A program made the position numbers and the translations under genes. Under the pieces are notes generated by a model. The model was not told the DNA's origin. It was given only the letters and a program-made list of their open reading frames with translations, and did no database searches. Below, in pieces: positions 39,565-48,725 of a DNA stretch of 54,766 nt. The DNA comes from an uncultured Candidatus Saccharibacteria bacterium. GTDB lineage: Bacteria > Patescibacteriota > Minisyncoccia > Phycocordibacterales > UBA9973. The stretch covers positions 217,339 through 272,104 of the forward strand of contig CAZYIA010000001.1 in NCBI GenBank assembly GCA_964646765.1, in the 5' to 3' direction. Every line of letters starts with the position of its first letter. Position 1 is the first letter of the stretch.

Positions 39565-40569
39565 ATGCCGAACGATACACAAGATTCTTACCAGGTCGAC
39601 TTTCTCGCCATTGGCGATATTGTTATCGACGCTTTTATTCGCCTTAAAGATGCTCGAGTACACTGTAATGTTGATCAGGAAAACTGCGAGCTCTGCGTAC
39701 GCTTTGGCGACAAAGTCCCCTTCGAATCTGTAGACGTTATTAATGCTGTAGGCAACAGTCCAAATGCCGCAGTTTCGGCTTCCCGCCTCGGTCTTTCCTC
39801 TGCTGTTTCTTGTGTAGTTGGTGATGACACCAACGGCAAGGCGTGTATTGAATCTCTAAAAAAAGACGGGGTGAACACGAACTTTGTTGAAATAGATCCT
39901 CGCTACCCTACCAATTATCACTACGTTCTTTGGTACGACGTTGAGCGCACCATCTTGGTAAAGCATGCACCGTTTGATCGCCACATGCCAAAGCATGTAA
40001 CACCGAAGTGGATTTACCTCTCTTCGCTTGGTGAAAACACAGAAGCTTTTCATCATGAAATTGCTTCATGGCTTAAAGAGCATCCTGAAACAAAACTTGC
40101 TTTTCAACCTGGCACCTTCCAGATGAAACTTGGCACTGAGAAACTAAAAGATATTTATCAGTCAACGGAAATCTTTTTCTGCAACTTTGAAGAGGCTCAG
40201 AGAATTTTGGGAAGTACCGAGCACGATAAAAAGAAACTTATGGACGCTCTGCGTGCTCTAGGGCCAAAGATGGTAGTTATGACTGACGGCATGAATGGAG
40301 CGTACTTTTCTGACGGTACAAAATACCTCTTTATGGGAGTATATCCACACACACCATTTGAACGTACCGGTGCTGGTGACGCCTTTTCATCAACGTTCAC
40401 AGTAGCGATTGCACTTGGTAAAAGCGTTGAAGAAGCCTTGCGCTGGGCTCCAATTAATTCTATGTCGGTTGTACAGCAAATCGGTGCGCAACGAGGACTT
40501 CTTTCTCGCGAAAAACTTGAAGAATTTCTTGCAAAAGCACCTACGGATTACCAACCGAAAGAAATATAA
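39565..40569 (+). CDS. PfkB/ribokinase family carbohydrate kinase
   Basis: GNSPNAAV.ASRLG, VGDD..G, VMTDG..GA, ERTGAGDAF. Confidence 0.92.
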   Translation: MPNDTQDSYQVDFLAIGDIVIDAFIRLKDARVHCNVDQENCELCVRFGDKVPFESVDVINAVGNSPNAAVSASRLGLSSAVSCVVGDDTNGKACIESLKKDGVNTNFVEIDPRYPTNYHYVLWYDVERTILVKHAPFDRHMPKHVTPKWIYLSSLGENTEAFHHEIASWLKEHPETKLAFQPGTFQMKLGTEKLKDIYQSTEIFFCNFEEAQRILGSTEHDKKKLMDALRALGPKMVVMTDGMNGAYFSDGTKYLFMGVYPHTPFERTGAGDAFSSTFTVAIALGKSVEEALRWAPINSMSVVQQIGAQRGLLSREKLEEFLAKAPTDYQPKEI

Positions 40570-40574
40570 AAGTT

Positions 40575-41132
40575 ATGGAAAGCAGTCCTTTTGAGTGGTT
40601 TAAAGGAAATCCCTCTCCTCAAGAAAAAGGTAAACTAAAGCAGCTCGCCCGAAGTGCTAAGCCTGCAGATTATTCTCCTGAAGAAAACTTTGAGCAAAGT
40701 AGCGATACTTTGGGTATCGATAACTACCAACCACTTGGTTCAGGAAAAAATCGTCATGAATCGAAACTAGCGCAAGAAGTTACGGCGAAAGCAGAACTAT
40801 TCGAAAAACTAGCAAATGAGCTACTTGATGAGGCTCGCCAAAATGGAATTGATATTTCTTCTTTACAGCACCAATTAGATATCAGTGAATCTCAACTCGA
40901 GTTTTCTGATTCTCGATTTGATCCCGAAGTTTTAAAAAATTTTCCAGACTATCAAAACCTTAAGCAGGAAGTTGCCCAGGTTAAAGAGAAAATTACTGCT
41001 CTACAAAAAGAACTCGCAAATCCTCAATCAGAACATGCGGGTATCCAGTATCACCAAGCAGCAAAGGAATTACAAGAGTATGCCAGTCACCTTCGAAAAC
41101 TCGCACATATGGAGTGGCCGAGTGCTAATTAA
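40575..41132 (+). CDS. Hypothetical acidic coiled-coil protein
   Basis: 185-aa ORF, 5 nt after the pfkB-family gene; no family recognised. Confidence 0.7.
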   Translation: MESSPFEWFKGNPSPQEKGKLKQLARSAKPADYSPEENFEQSSDTLGIDNYQPLGSGKNRHESKLAQEVTAKAELFEKLANELLDEARQNGIDISSLQHQLDISESQLEFSDSRFDPEVLKNFPDYQNLKQEVAQVKEKITALQKELANPQSEHAGIQYHQAAKELQEYASHLRKLAHMEWPSAN

Positions 41133-41138
41133 TATTCT

Positions 41139-41570
41139 ATGGAATCAGGACCACAATTTCCCCAACCTAGTCGTGCCGAAGCCTTACTCATGAGAGCTCA
41201 GCAGTTTGTAGACTTGGAAAATAAACTTATTGCCAGTGAACAAGCTCAAAAAGGAATTGAGGACGAACTGTCCGGCCTCACAAGTGAAGAAAAAAGTTTA
41301 ACAACGGTAACTACTGATTTATTGAGACCAGGAGAAAAAGACCCTAAAGATCGTTATGAGGAAATTCAACAGCGATTCGAATTTCTAAAGGCTAAACTTG
41401 CGACTCTAGAAGAAAGCCACAAGGTATTATTGAAAGAAAAAATAGCTTTCTTAGAAAAATTTGATCGCGATTTTCCAAAAGAGCAAAAACAATTTGAGAT
41501 TCTAACAAAAAATATCAGCGATCACGGAGCGCTGAATGAATTTCCTGATACTTCAAAGCACCTTAACTAA
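41139..41570 (+). CDS. Hypothetical acidic coiled-coil protein
   Basis: 143-aa ORF, 6 nt after the previous gene. Confidence 0.7.
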   Translation: MESGPQFPQPSRAEALLMRAQQFVDLENKLIASEQAQKGIEDELSGLTSEEKSLTTVTTDLLRPGEKDPKDRYEEIQQRFEFLKAKLATLEESHKVLLKEKIAFLEKFDRDFPKEQKQFEILTKNISDHGALNEFPDTSKHLN

Positions 41571-41808
41571 GAATAATTTTCAGAAGCGCAACAAGTGCGA
41601 CAAAACCATACACCACATTGAGCACGACTGAAGGTCGAGCTTTTTGTTCGTATGCATTCCAAGCGATACCGGCTGCCCCGGTAAAATTCAGCACTTGATA
41701 TAAAAGTGAATGAGCAGTAAATACTCCAAAAGAAATCAGCGTAAAAGAAACTAAAATAGCACTCATGCCGTACCAGCCGGCAAGCTCTGCTATCCGCGCT
41801 TTAGGCAT
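41563..41808 (-). CDS. CBU_0592-like small membrane protein
   Basis: GW.G...IL..F.L, YQ.LN..GA.G......PS..LN..Y pattern. Confidence 0.78.
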   Translation of the reverse strand: MPKARIAELAGWYGMSAILVSFTLISFGVFTAHSLLYQVLNFTGAAGIAWNAYEQKARPSVVLNVVYGFVALVALLKIILS

Positions 41809-42802
41809 TTTTTCGATTGATTACTTTCGTAATCGCTTCAACTACCGATTGAGTTCCCATACCATACTTATCTACAAGTTCATCAGGTTTACCGGACTGA
41901 CCGTACTTATCGTGTACTCCAACAAATTCAATCGGTACTGGATAATTTTGTGCAAGCACTTCTCCAATTGCACTACCGAAACCACAGGCAATTTGATGCT
42001 CTTCAATTGTTACAATTGCCTTTGTTTCTTTTGCGAGAGCAATGATTGCCTCAGCGTCGAGGGGCTTAATAGTGTGGTAATTTAAAATCTTTACGCGAAT
42101 CCCCTTCTTCTCAAGTTCTTTTGCAGCTAGCAATGCTTTATGAAGAAGTGGACCAGTTGAAGCAATACCAACGTGAGCGAGACCATGATCAGGTTCCCAC
42201 ACAACCTGGGCTTTACCTAATTCAAACGGCGTTTCTGGAGTAGTCATTATTGCGCTTTTGTCGCGAGCAAGACGCAAATACACTGGACCTTTGCACTCTG
42301 CAGCGGCAAGCGTTGCTAAATGAGCTTGGTGCGCATCAGCCGGATAGAGCACTGTCATATTTGGCAATACGCGCATGAGAGCGATATCTTCAAGGGCCTG
42401 GTGCGTTCCGCCGTCTGGTCCCACTGAAACACCAGCGTGTGAACCAACAACAACAACTTTTTGATCGTTGTAACAAGCAGTTGTACGAATCTGCTCCCAG
42501 TTTCGGCCAGGAGAAAACATGGCATATGAAGAACAGAACGGCACTTTGCCCATAGCCGCCATGCCAGCGGCAACGGTTACCAAATTTTGTTCAGCAACAC
42601 CAGATTGCACGAAACGATTAGGAAAAGCTTCAGCAAAAAGATGCATCTGGGTGCTTTCGGTAAGGTCGGCACAGAGCGCCACAACCTCGCTGTTCTTTTT
42701 TCCTGCTTCAAGAAGCCCAGTACCAAATCCTTTACGGGTCGGCAACTGTTCGACATCGTCGTTAAAGACTTTCGTATTGAGTTTGAGTTTTGGATTAAGC
42801 AT
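41801..42802 (-). CDS. Transketolase, C-terminal (pyrimidine-binding/C) subunit
   Basis: ADL..S, GVAEQNLV..AAG, GPDGGTHQ.LED, GPVYLR, EEH...GFG. Confidence 0.94.
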   Translation of the reverse strand: MLNPKLKLNTKVFNDDVEQLPTRKGFGTGLLEAGKKNSEVVALCADLTESTQMHLFAEAFPNRFVQSGVAEQNLVTVAAGMAAMGKVPFCSSYAMFSPGRNWEQIRTTACYNDQKVVVVGSHAGVSVGPDGGTHQALEDIALMRVLPNMTVLYPADAHQAHLATLAAAECKGPVYLRLARDKSAIMTTPETPFELGKAQVVWEPDHGLAHVGIASTGPLLHKALLAAKELEKKGIRVKILNYHTIKPLDAEAIIALAKETKAIVTIEEHQIACGFGSAIGEVLAQNYPVPIEFVGVHDKYGQSGKPDELVDKYGMGTQSVVEAITKVINRKNA

Positions 42803-42811
42803 GGGTGATTC

Positions 42812-43231
42812 TTAAATGTTTAATAATTTGAGACCAGTAACTTCATCAAGGGTTCGTTCGAGCGTAACGTTTAGATCTGTGAGAAATAATTCGAGTGTAG
42901 CGCCAACTGATAGTTGAGTAATGTGGCCAGAAACTGTCGATAAGTCACTTTTCCCAAACGAACCGTGGCTATGGATAAACAATTGCTGATTATAGAGTGC
43001 GACATTGCCAGTGAGGGAAACAATTTCTAATTCTTCTTCAAAGTAGGTGTCATTGTATTGTTTCTCCTTGGAATCCCAGTATGAGAGAGTGAGCGTTTTT
43101 GTTTGGCCAATTCCTGAAAAGGTTGCTGAACTTATTCGATGTTCACCACAAAACGCTTTTAGACTTTCCTCAAAATCCTCGCCTGAGGAAAATCGGAGCA
43201 AGAACCCTTTATCAGAAAATTTAGCTTCCAT
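42812..43231 (-). CDS. PPC domain (DUF296) protein
   Basis: SGIG, EIVSLTGN, IHSHGSFG, GH motifs. Confidence 0.85.
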   Translation of the reverse strand: MEAKFSDKGFLLRFSSGEDFEESLKAFCGEHRISSATFSGIGQTKTLTLSYWDSKEKQYNDTYFEEELEIVSLTGNVALYNQQLFIHSHGSFGKSDLSTVSGHITQLSVGATLELFLTDLNVTLERTLDEVTGLKLLNI

Positions 43232-43233
43232 AC

Positions 43234-44082
43234 TTACACGCCGAGAGATTCCAATTCTTTAATAGCCATCTCACCTTCTTCTTTCTTCGGCGGCTTTCCG
43301 TGCCATTTATAATCATGCTCCCATTCTTTGACACCTTTTGAAGGAATCGTGTTGGCAATAATTACTGTCGGCTTATCAAACATTGCCTTAGCTTGATTAA
43401 TTGCATCATTAAGAGCCTCGAAATTGTGACCATCAACGGAAAGTACATGCCAATTAAATGATTCCCATTTTTTGTCGAGCGGATCAAGTGGCATAACATC
43501 TTCAGTGTCACCATCGATTTGGATTTTATTGCGATCAATAATGCCGATAACGTTGCCGAGTTTTTCTTTACCGGCAAGCATTACTGCCTCCCAAATATTT
43601 CCCTCGTTCAATTCCCCATCACCCATCAAGCAGTAGAAATATTTTTGGTAGTTCGTACCCTTATTGATTCGTTCGGCAAGCGCCATACCAACTGCCTGAG
43701 AAAGTCCGGAACCGAGCGGACCACTAGAAGTTTCTACAAACGGTAAAAATTCACGGTGCGGATGACCTTGAAGCCGTGAGCCAAATTTGCGAAGCGTCGT
43801 AAGTTCAGTTGTTGGGAAATATCCAGCATGTGCCATGGTTGCATAGAGCACTGGACAAATATGGCCATTTGAAAGAATAAGACGATCACGATCATCCCAT
43901 GAAGGATTTTTTGGATCATGCTTCATGGAATGAAAATATAAAAGAGTAAATACATCAGCCATACCGAGAGGCCCAGCCGTATGCCCACTACCTGCTGCCA
44001 CCAGAGCGCGAATGACACTCTTTCGAATTTCATTAGCCGTATGTTTAAGCTCCGTTAATTTGAGTTCGGTGAGGTTTTCCAT
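43234..44082 (-). CDS. Transketolase, N-terminal (TPP-binding) subunit
   Basis: SGH, DR.ILSNGH, LQGHP, GPLGSGLS, GDGELNEG, DRN. Confidence 0.95.
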   Translation of the reverse strand: MENLTELKLTELKHTANEIRKSVIRALVAAGSGHTAGPLGMADVFTLLYFHSMKHDPKNPSWDDRDRLILSNGHICPVLYATMAHAGYFPTTELTTLRKFGSRLQGHPHREFLPFVETSSGPLGSGLSQAVGMALAERINKGTNYQKYFYCLMGDGELNEGNIWEAVMLAGKEKLGNVIGIIDRNKIQIDGDTEDVMPLDPLDKKWESFNWHVLSVDGHNFEALNDAINQAKAMFDKPTVIIANTIPSKGVKEWEHDYKWHGKPPKKEEGEMAIKELESLGV

Positions 44083-44105
44083 GCGCGGATTATAGCATTA
44101 CTAAT

Positions 44106-44288
44106 AAAATTCTGCTCGCCTTATTTTAAGCTTTATTACCTGGAAAGATGAGCAGAATTTTATTTTGAGAACCCCTCGGTTCTCAACTTTCGCTACGCTC
44201 ATTGCTCTCCGCTCCAAGGGAAACTCGTAGTTTCCCCCCGACCCCCTTTCACCACACTTGTTTCCTAAGAATAAACAGGAAACAAGTG
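44106..44288. repeat. Cluster of four inverted repeats (REP/MITE-like segment plus terminator)
   Basis: Perfect inverted repeats of 12 bp (44106-117/44150-161), 9 bp (44165-173/44178-186), 8 bp (44218-225/44229-236) and 12 bp (44255-266/44277-288). Confidence 0.6.
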
Positions 44289-44292
44289 CTCA

Positions 44293-44985
44293 TTAAATTT
44301 CAGTGATCAAATTTCGGTAATCTTCGAGCTCAGCCTTAATATCAAGAGCATTAAAGAGCGCTGAACCAATAGCTAAACGCTGTGCTCCAGCTTCTACAAG
44401 TCGGTGAGCAGTTTGGCGGTTTACTGATCCATCAACAGCAACAAAAAGATTCGGATACTGCTTCTTTATAGCTTTAATTTGGTCGAGTACGCGCTCATCA
44501 AATGGTTGCGCCTGCTTTCCAATTTGAGCAATACCCATACATTGCACAAACGAAATATGCGTGAGGAGCGGATCAAGTACTGTAATTGGTGTATCAACGG
44601 TAATAGCAACACCGAATTCAATCTCACTACGATAGTATGGATCGAGCGCATCAAACCACTCAGCCAAACCTTGTTCGGCTCCCACATGAAAGATCATACG
44701 CTTTGGTCCCATTTTCAAAAACGTATCGAACTTGTCTTTAGCGTTCTCTACCATCAGATCAAATTCATAGTTCACTTCTTCCCAATATGGCAAACCTTCT
44801 TCTTCGGCAAGTACTTTGTCGTAATACTGGGTATCAAGTCCGCTGTACGGCCAAGTTTTGCTTGGTACAAACACGCCATCACAAAAATCGAGCTGCACCA
44901 TTTTGACAAAGTCCTTAACCATGCCGACTTTGGTGCGGAGTTCGCCAGCGTTCTTAGGCAAAATTGCAGGAGTTACTTCAATCAT
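44293..44985 (-). CDS. rpe: Ribulose-phosphate 3-epimerase
   Basis: PAIL, QLDFCDG.FVP, DLMV, VQCMG, VDG.VN, GS motifs; next to rpiB. Confidence 0.85.
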   Translation of the reverse strand: MIEVTPAILPKNAGELRTKVGMVKDFVKMVQLDFCDGVFVPSKTWPYSGLDTQYYDKVLAEEEGLPYWEEVNYEFDLMVENAKDKFDTFLKMGPKRMIFHVGAEQGLAEWFDALDPYYRSEIEFGVAITVDTPITVLDPLLTHISFVQCMGIAQIGKQAQPFDERVLDQIKAIKKQYPNLFVAVDGSVNRQTAHRLVEAGAQRLAIGSALFNALDIKAELEDYRNLITEI

Positions 44986-44987
44986 AC

Positions 44988-45461
44988 TTACTTATCTAAT
45001 TTAGTAATGCGGCGAACATGACGATCACCATTTGAAAACGGAGTTTCAATAAACAGTTTTACTACCGAAAGAATTTCTTCGTCAGAGAGAAATCGAACGC
45101 CGAGCGAGAGCATATTGGCGTTATTGTGTTCACGAGTGGAAGCAATCATATTAAGTGACTTTCCGCCGGCATCTATTTGGTCTTTTCCCGGTACGCCATA
45201 ATATACGGCTGCGCGAACTCCTTTGTGCCGATTGGCGCACATAGCTTCGCCCTGCCCTGAGCCTCCAAAAATTACACCAAGAGATTCTGGATTTTCCGCT
45301 ACTCCTTTGGCTGCTTCGTGGATAAAGTCCGGATAGTCGTCGTCTACATCAAAAGTAAAAGCGCCACAGTCAGAAACATCGTGCCCTTCTTTTACTAAGA
45401 ACTCTTTTACTTTTTCTTTGGCTTCGAAGCCAGCGTGATCGGTACCGAGAAATATTTTCAT
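44988..45461 (-). CDS. rpiB: Ribose-5-phosphate isomerase B
   Basis: G.DHAGF, DDYPD, GGSGQGE..CANR..GVRAA, REHNNAN.L.LG, RH.RRI. Confidence 0.93.
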   Translation of the reverse strand: MKIFLGTDHAGFEAKEKVKEFLVKEGHDVSDCGAFTFDVDDDYPDFIHEAAKGVAENPESLGVIFGGSGQGEAMCANRHKGVRAAVYYGVPGKDQIDAGGKSLNMIASTREHNNANMLSLGVRFLSDEEILSVVKLFIETPFSNGDRHVRRITKLDK

Positions 45462-45462
45462 A

Positions 45463-45825
45463 TTATGCTGCATCTGCTTCTAAATATACTTTATGTTTAT
45501 GAGCGAGATCATTCTCAAGTTTTGTTGCTTTTGTTTGAGCAAGATTCATAAGATCTCCAAATGTTGTACTTTCATTAACTTTAAGATCTTTTAAAGTAGC
45601 AGACATAAATCCTGAAAGTTCAGAAGCAGTAAATTGAGTGTGACCTTGAAGCTCCTTCGATTTTAATGCCATGAGATCTTCTTGAATATTATGTAATTCT
45701 GTAAGCCATTCTTGTTTTTCCTGCTCAAGCGCAGCAGTTTCTTTTTCTTGCTCTTCTTTGGTCTTCGGCTTTTCTGGTTTTCCAGAAAACATTGCCATAC
45801 TGAGATTAAACATTGTATTACTCAA
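45463..45825 (-). CDS. Hypothetical protein
   Basis: 120-aa helical, charged ORF packed between neighbours. Confidence 0.6.
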   Translation of the reverse strand: MSNTMFNLSMAMFSGKPEKPKTKEEQEKETAALEQEKQEWLTELHNIQEDLMALKSKELQGHTQFTASELSGFMSATLKDLKVNESTTFGDLMNLAQTKATKLENDLAHKHKVYLEADAA

Positions 45826-45830
45826 AGTGA

Positions 45831-46193
45831 TTAACTAACCCAATCTATTCCATAAATAGCCGGAGGTGAAAGCAGCCAGTGTATGGGATCAATATAGTCG
45901 CAAGACGTTATTCCACCAATATTTGTTCCGCAGATAGGAATAATTCGTATCTCTTTCATTCCAAGATAGATCATCCCGCACAGAAGAATAACGAGAGCTG
46001 CTTTTGTATATTTTTTTTCTTTTACCAGAGATACAAAAAGAACAAGAATGACTACAGAAATCAAGATCAAGCCGAGCAAACCACCGTACATTAGAAAATG
46101 CGGAGTAAAGATAAATGGTAAAAGATATCGCAGTAATTCACCAAGAATAGAGACTATTCCTAAAATTACGAGGATAATTGATATCTTTTTCAT
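45831..46193 (-). CDS. Hypothetical three-TM membrane protein
   Basis: Three hydrophobic segments and a C-terminal Cys pair. Confidence 0.6.
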   Translation of the reverse strand: MKKISIILVILGIVSILGELLRYLLPFIFTPHFLMYGGLLGLILISVVILVLFVSLVKEKKYTKAALVILLCGMIYLGMKEIRIIPICGTNIGGITSCDYIDPIHWLLSPPAIYGIDWVS

Positions 46194-46197
46194 AAGT

Positions 46198-47226
46198 TTA
46201 GATAGTTCTTCCAGTTCTTATCGCGTGCTCAACGAGTGTCGCTGTATAACCGTATTCGTTATCGTACCAACCGAGCACTTTTACCAAATTTCCGCCAACA
46301 ACGCGAGTCATCGGAAGATCGGCAATTGAAGCGTGAGTGTTACCAAGAATGTCAGAAGAAACGAGTGGTTCTTCGGTAACTGCAAAAATATTTTTCCAGC
46401 GATCAGTAGTAGCTGCTTGTTTAAGGATGTTGTTTACTTCTTCGGCTGTCGTATCACGCTTTGCAATAAACGTGATATCAACGATGGAGCCTGCTGGCAC
46501 TGGAACACGAAGTGAGATGCCATCGAAAAGTCCCGTAAGTACTGGAAATGCTTTGGTTACTGCGATCGCAGCGCCGGTTGAAGATGGCACAATATTTTGA
46601 GCCGCAGCGCGGCCTTCTCGAAGATCTTTCTTCGATGGGCCGTCAACCAGCGCCTGAGTTGCCGTGTAGCCGTGCGTCGTAGAAAGAAGGGCTTTCTCAA
46701 CACCGATAGCTTCATGGAGGATCGCAATTAAAGGAGATGCAGCGTTTGTGGTACATGAAGCATTTGAGGTAATAGCAGCTGCACCAAATTTGTCATCGTT
46801 AACACCAAGGAGAATGGTTTCGCCCTGCACTGTTGCATCGTCCCCAGCTTTCGCTGGTGCTGAAATAACTACACGCTTGGCACCACAGTCAAGATGGAAC
46901 TTTGCTTTATCAAAGTTAGTGAATAGGCCAGTAGATTCGATAACAACATCAATCTCAAGATCTTTCCAAGGTAACTTTGTGGTGTCTTTTTCTGAAATAA
47001 ATTTTACCGGAGTACCATCAATTAAAATGGTGCCTTCACCTTCGCGTACAACATGGTTCCAGGTGCGATACACCGTGTCATATTTTAAAAGGTAGGCGAG
47101 ACTTTTTGCAGTACCAAGATCGTTGACGGCAACAATTTCAATATCATCTCTTCCCCATGCCTGACGCACAAACGCGCGACCAATGCGACCAAAACCGTTA
47201 ATGGCAATTCGAATCTTTCTATCCAT
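46198..47226 (-). CDS. gap: Glyceraldehyde-3-phosphate dehydrogenase, type I
   Basis: AINGFGRIGR, SNASCTTN, NIVPSSTGAA, WYDNEYGY. Confidence 0.98.
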   Translation of the reverse strand: MDRKIRIAINGFGRIGRAFVRQAWGRDDIEIVAVNDLGTAKSLAYLLKYDTVYRTWNHVVREGEGTILIDGTPVKFISEKDTTKLPWKDLEIDVVIESTGLFTNFDKAKFHLDCGAKRVVISAPAKAGDDATVQGETILLGVNDDKFGAAAITSNASCTTNAASPLIAILHEAIGVEKALLSTTHGYTATQALVDGPSKKDLREGRAAAQNIVPSSTGAAIAVTKAFPVLTGLFDGISLRVPVPAGSIVDITFIAKRDTTAEEVNNILKQAATTDRWKNIFAVTEEPLVSSDILGNTHASIADLPMTRVVGGNLVKVLGWYDNEYGYTATLVEHAIRTGRTI

Positions 47227-47227
47227 A

Positions 47228-48652
47228 CTACTTTCCAATTAATGCTACTAATATATCTTTCGCTACTTTTGGATTTGCACTGCCTTTTGTCTCTTTCATA
47301 ATCTGGCCAACGAGAGACATAATGGCAGCTTCTTTACCGCTCTTAAAATCAGCAACTACTTTCGGATTTGCTTCGATAATCTGCGCGCCAATCGTCTTAA
47401 GTAATTCTGGATCGTCTTTTTGAATAAGGCCTTTCTCTTCGGCAATCGCACGCGGTGAGCGATCTTCTGTCTTTAAGATAAGGAGAAGATCTTTTGCGGT
47501 ACGTGAAGAGAGCTCGTTTGCCGCAAGCATATTTACGAGCTCAGCCAAGTGGTATGAATGTGGAAATTCAAAGTTCGGATCTTTTTTCTTTAAACCAACA
47601 AGGTCACTGGTGATGTAGTTTGAGGCAATTTTAATTTTTTCTTTATCACCGCCTAGATCAGTCAGGACATCTTCAAAGTAGCCAGCGAGATCAAAGTCGG
47701 CCACATAGTTTTCAATGTCACTGTCTTTCAAGCCAAATTGTTCTGCATAACGCAAACGCTTTTCTCCTGGAAGTTCAGGGAAAGACTTACGGAGAGCAAC
47801 TTGATCAAATACTTCAGAGAGCATCAATTTTGGTAAATCAGGTTCTGGGAAGTAGCGATAATCATGTGCGTCTTCTTTGCTACGCTGTGAAAAAGTTGCT
47901 TGCTTTGTTTCGTCCCAACCACGTGTTTCTTGTACGATTTCACTTCCCCGACCATCTTCCAAAAGTTCAGTCATGCGTTTTACTTCATACTCAATTGCTC
48001 GTTCAGCAGCACGGAAAGAGTTCAAGTTTTTTACTTCAACTTTGGTACCGAATTTGTTTGGATCAGCTGAAACTGAAATATTAGCTTCAACGCGCATCTG
48101 GCCTTTTTCCATATTTGCTTCTGAAGCATTTAAGTAACGGAGCAGGAGCTGTAGTTCACGGGCAAATTTCCCGGCCTCTTCCGAAGTATGAATCACCGGC
48201 TCAGTAACAAGCTCCATCAAAGGTACTCCGGCACGATTAAAGTCCACGAGTGAGTAATTACCTCGATCGTGTTTTGAAGTTCCTGTATCTTCTTCGAGGT
48301 GGATGCGAGTGAGTTTTACACCTGCAAGTTCCCCTCCCGAAACAATGGGGTATTTATACTGCGAAACTTGGAATCCTTTCGGAATATCCGGATAAAAGTA
48401 GTTCTTACGATCAAATTCAGTGAAATCAGCAATCGTGCCGTTTACTGCAAGTCCAACCTTCACCACATGCTCAAGAGCCTTTTTGTTGATTACAGGAAGC
48501 GTACCAGGATGAGCCATACATACAGGGCACACATTCACATTTGCCCGCTCCTCATCAGGATCGTTCTTGCAAGAACAAAACATTTTGGTCTCGGTTTTAA
48601 GTTCAGCGTGTACTTCGAGACCAACGGTTGTGTAGTATGTTTTTTCGGCCAC
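47228..48652 (-). CDS. gatB: Asp-tRNA(Asn)/Glu-tRNA(Gln) amidotransferase subunit B
   Basis: VGLEVHAEL.T.TK.FC, RKNYFYPD.PKG.Q.SQ, DFNRAG.PL.E, E.KNLNSF, YRYFPEPDL. Confidence 0.98.
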   Translation of the reverse strand: MAEKTYYTTVGLEVHAELKTETKMFCSCKNDPDEERANVNVCPVCMAHPGTLPVINKKALEHVVKVGLAVNGTIADFTEFDRKNYFYPDIPKGFQVSQYKYPIVSGGELAGVKLTRIHLEEDTGTSKHDRGNYSLVDFNRAGVPLMELVTEPVIHTSEEAGKFARELQLLLRYLNASEANMEKGQMRVEANISVSADPNKFGTKVEVKNLNSFRAAERAIEYEVKRMTELLEDGRGSEIVQETRGWDETKQATFSQRSKEDAHDYRYFPEPDLPKLMLSEVFDQVALRKSFPELPGEKRLRYAEQFGLKDSDIENYVADFDLAGYFEDVLTDLGGDKEKIKIASNYITSDLVGLKKKDPNFEFPHSYHLAELVNMLAANELSSRTAKDLLLILKTEDRSPRAIAEEKGLIQKDDPELLKTIGAQIIEANPKVVADFKSGKEAAIMSLVGQIMKETKGSANPKVAKDILVALIGK

Positions 48653-48725
48653 AGTGCGTAGAGTATAGCAAAATTTCCCTCCTTGCTACTAGCATTGACG
48701 AAGCAAAAAAGCGTTGTGCGATATA

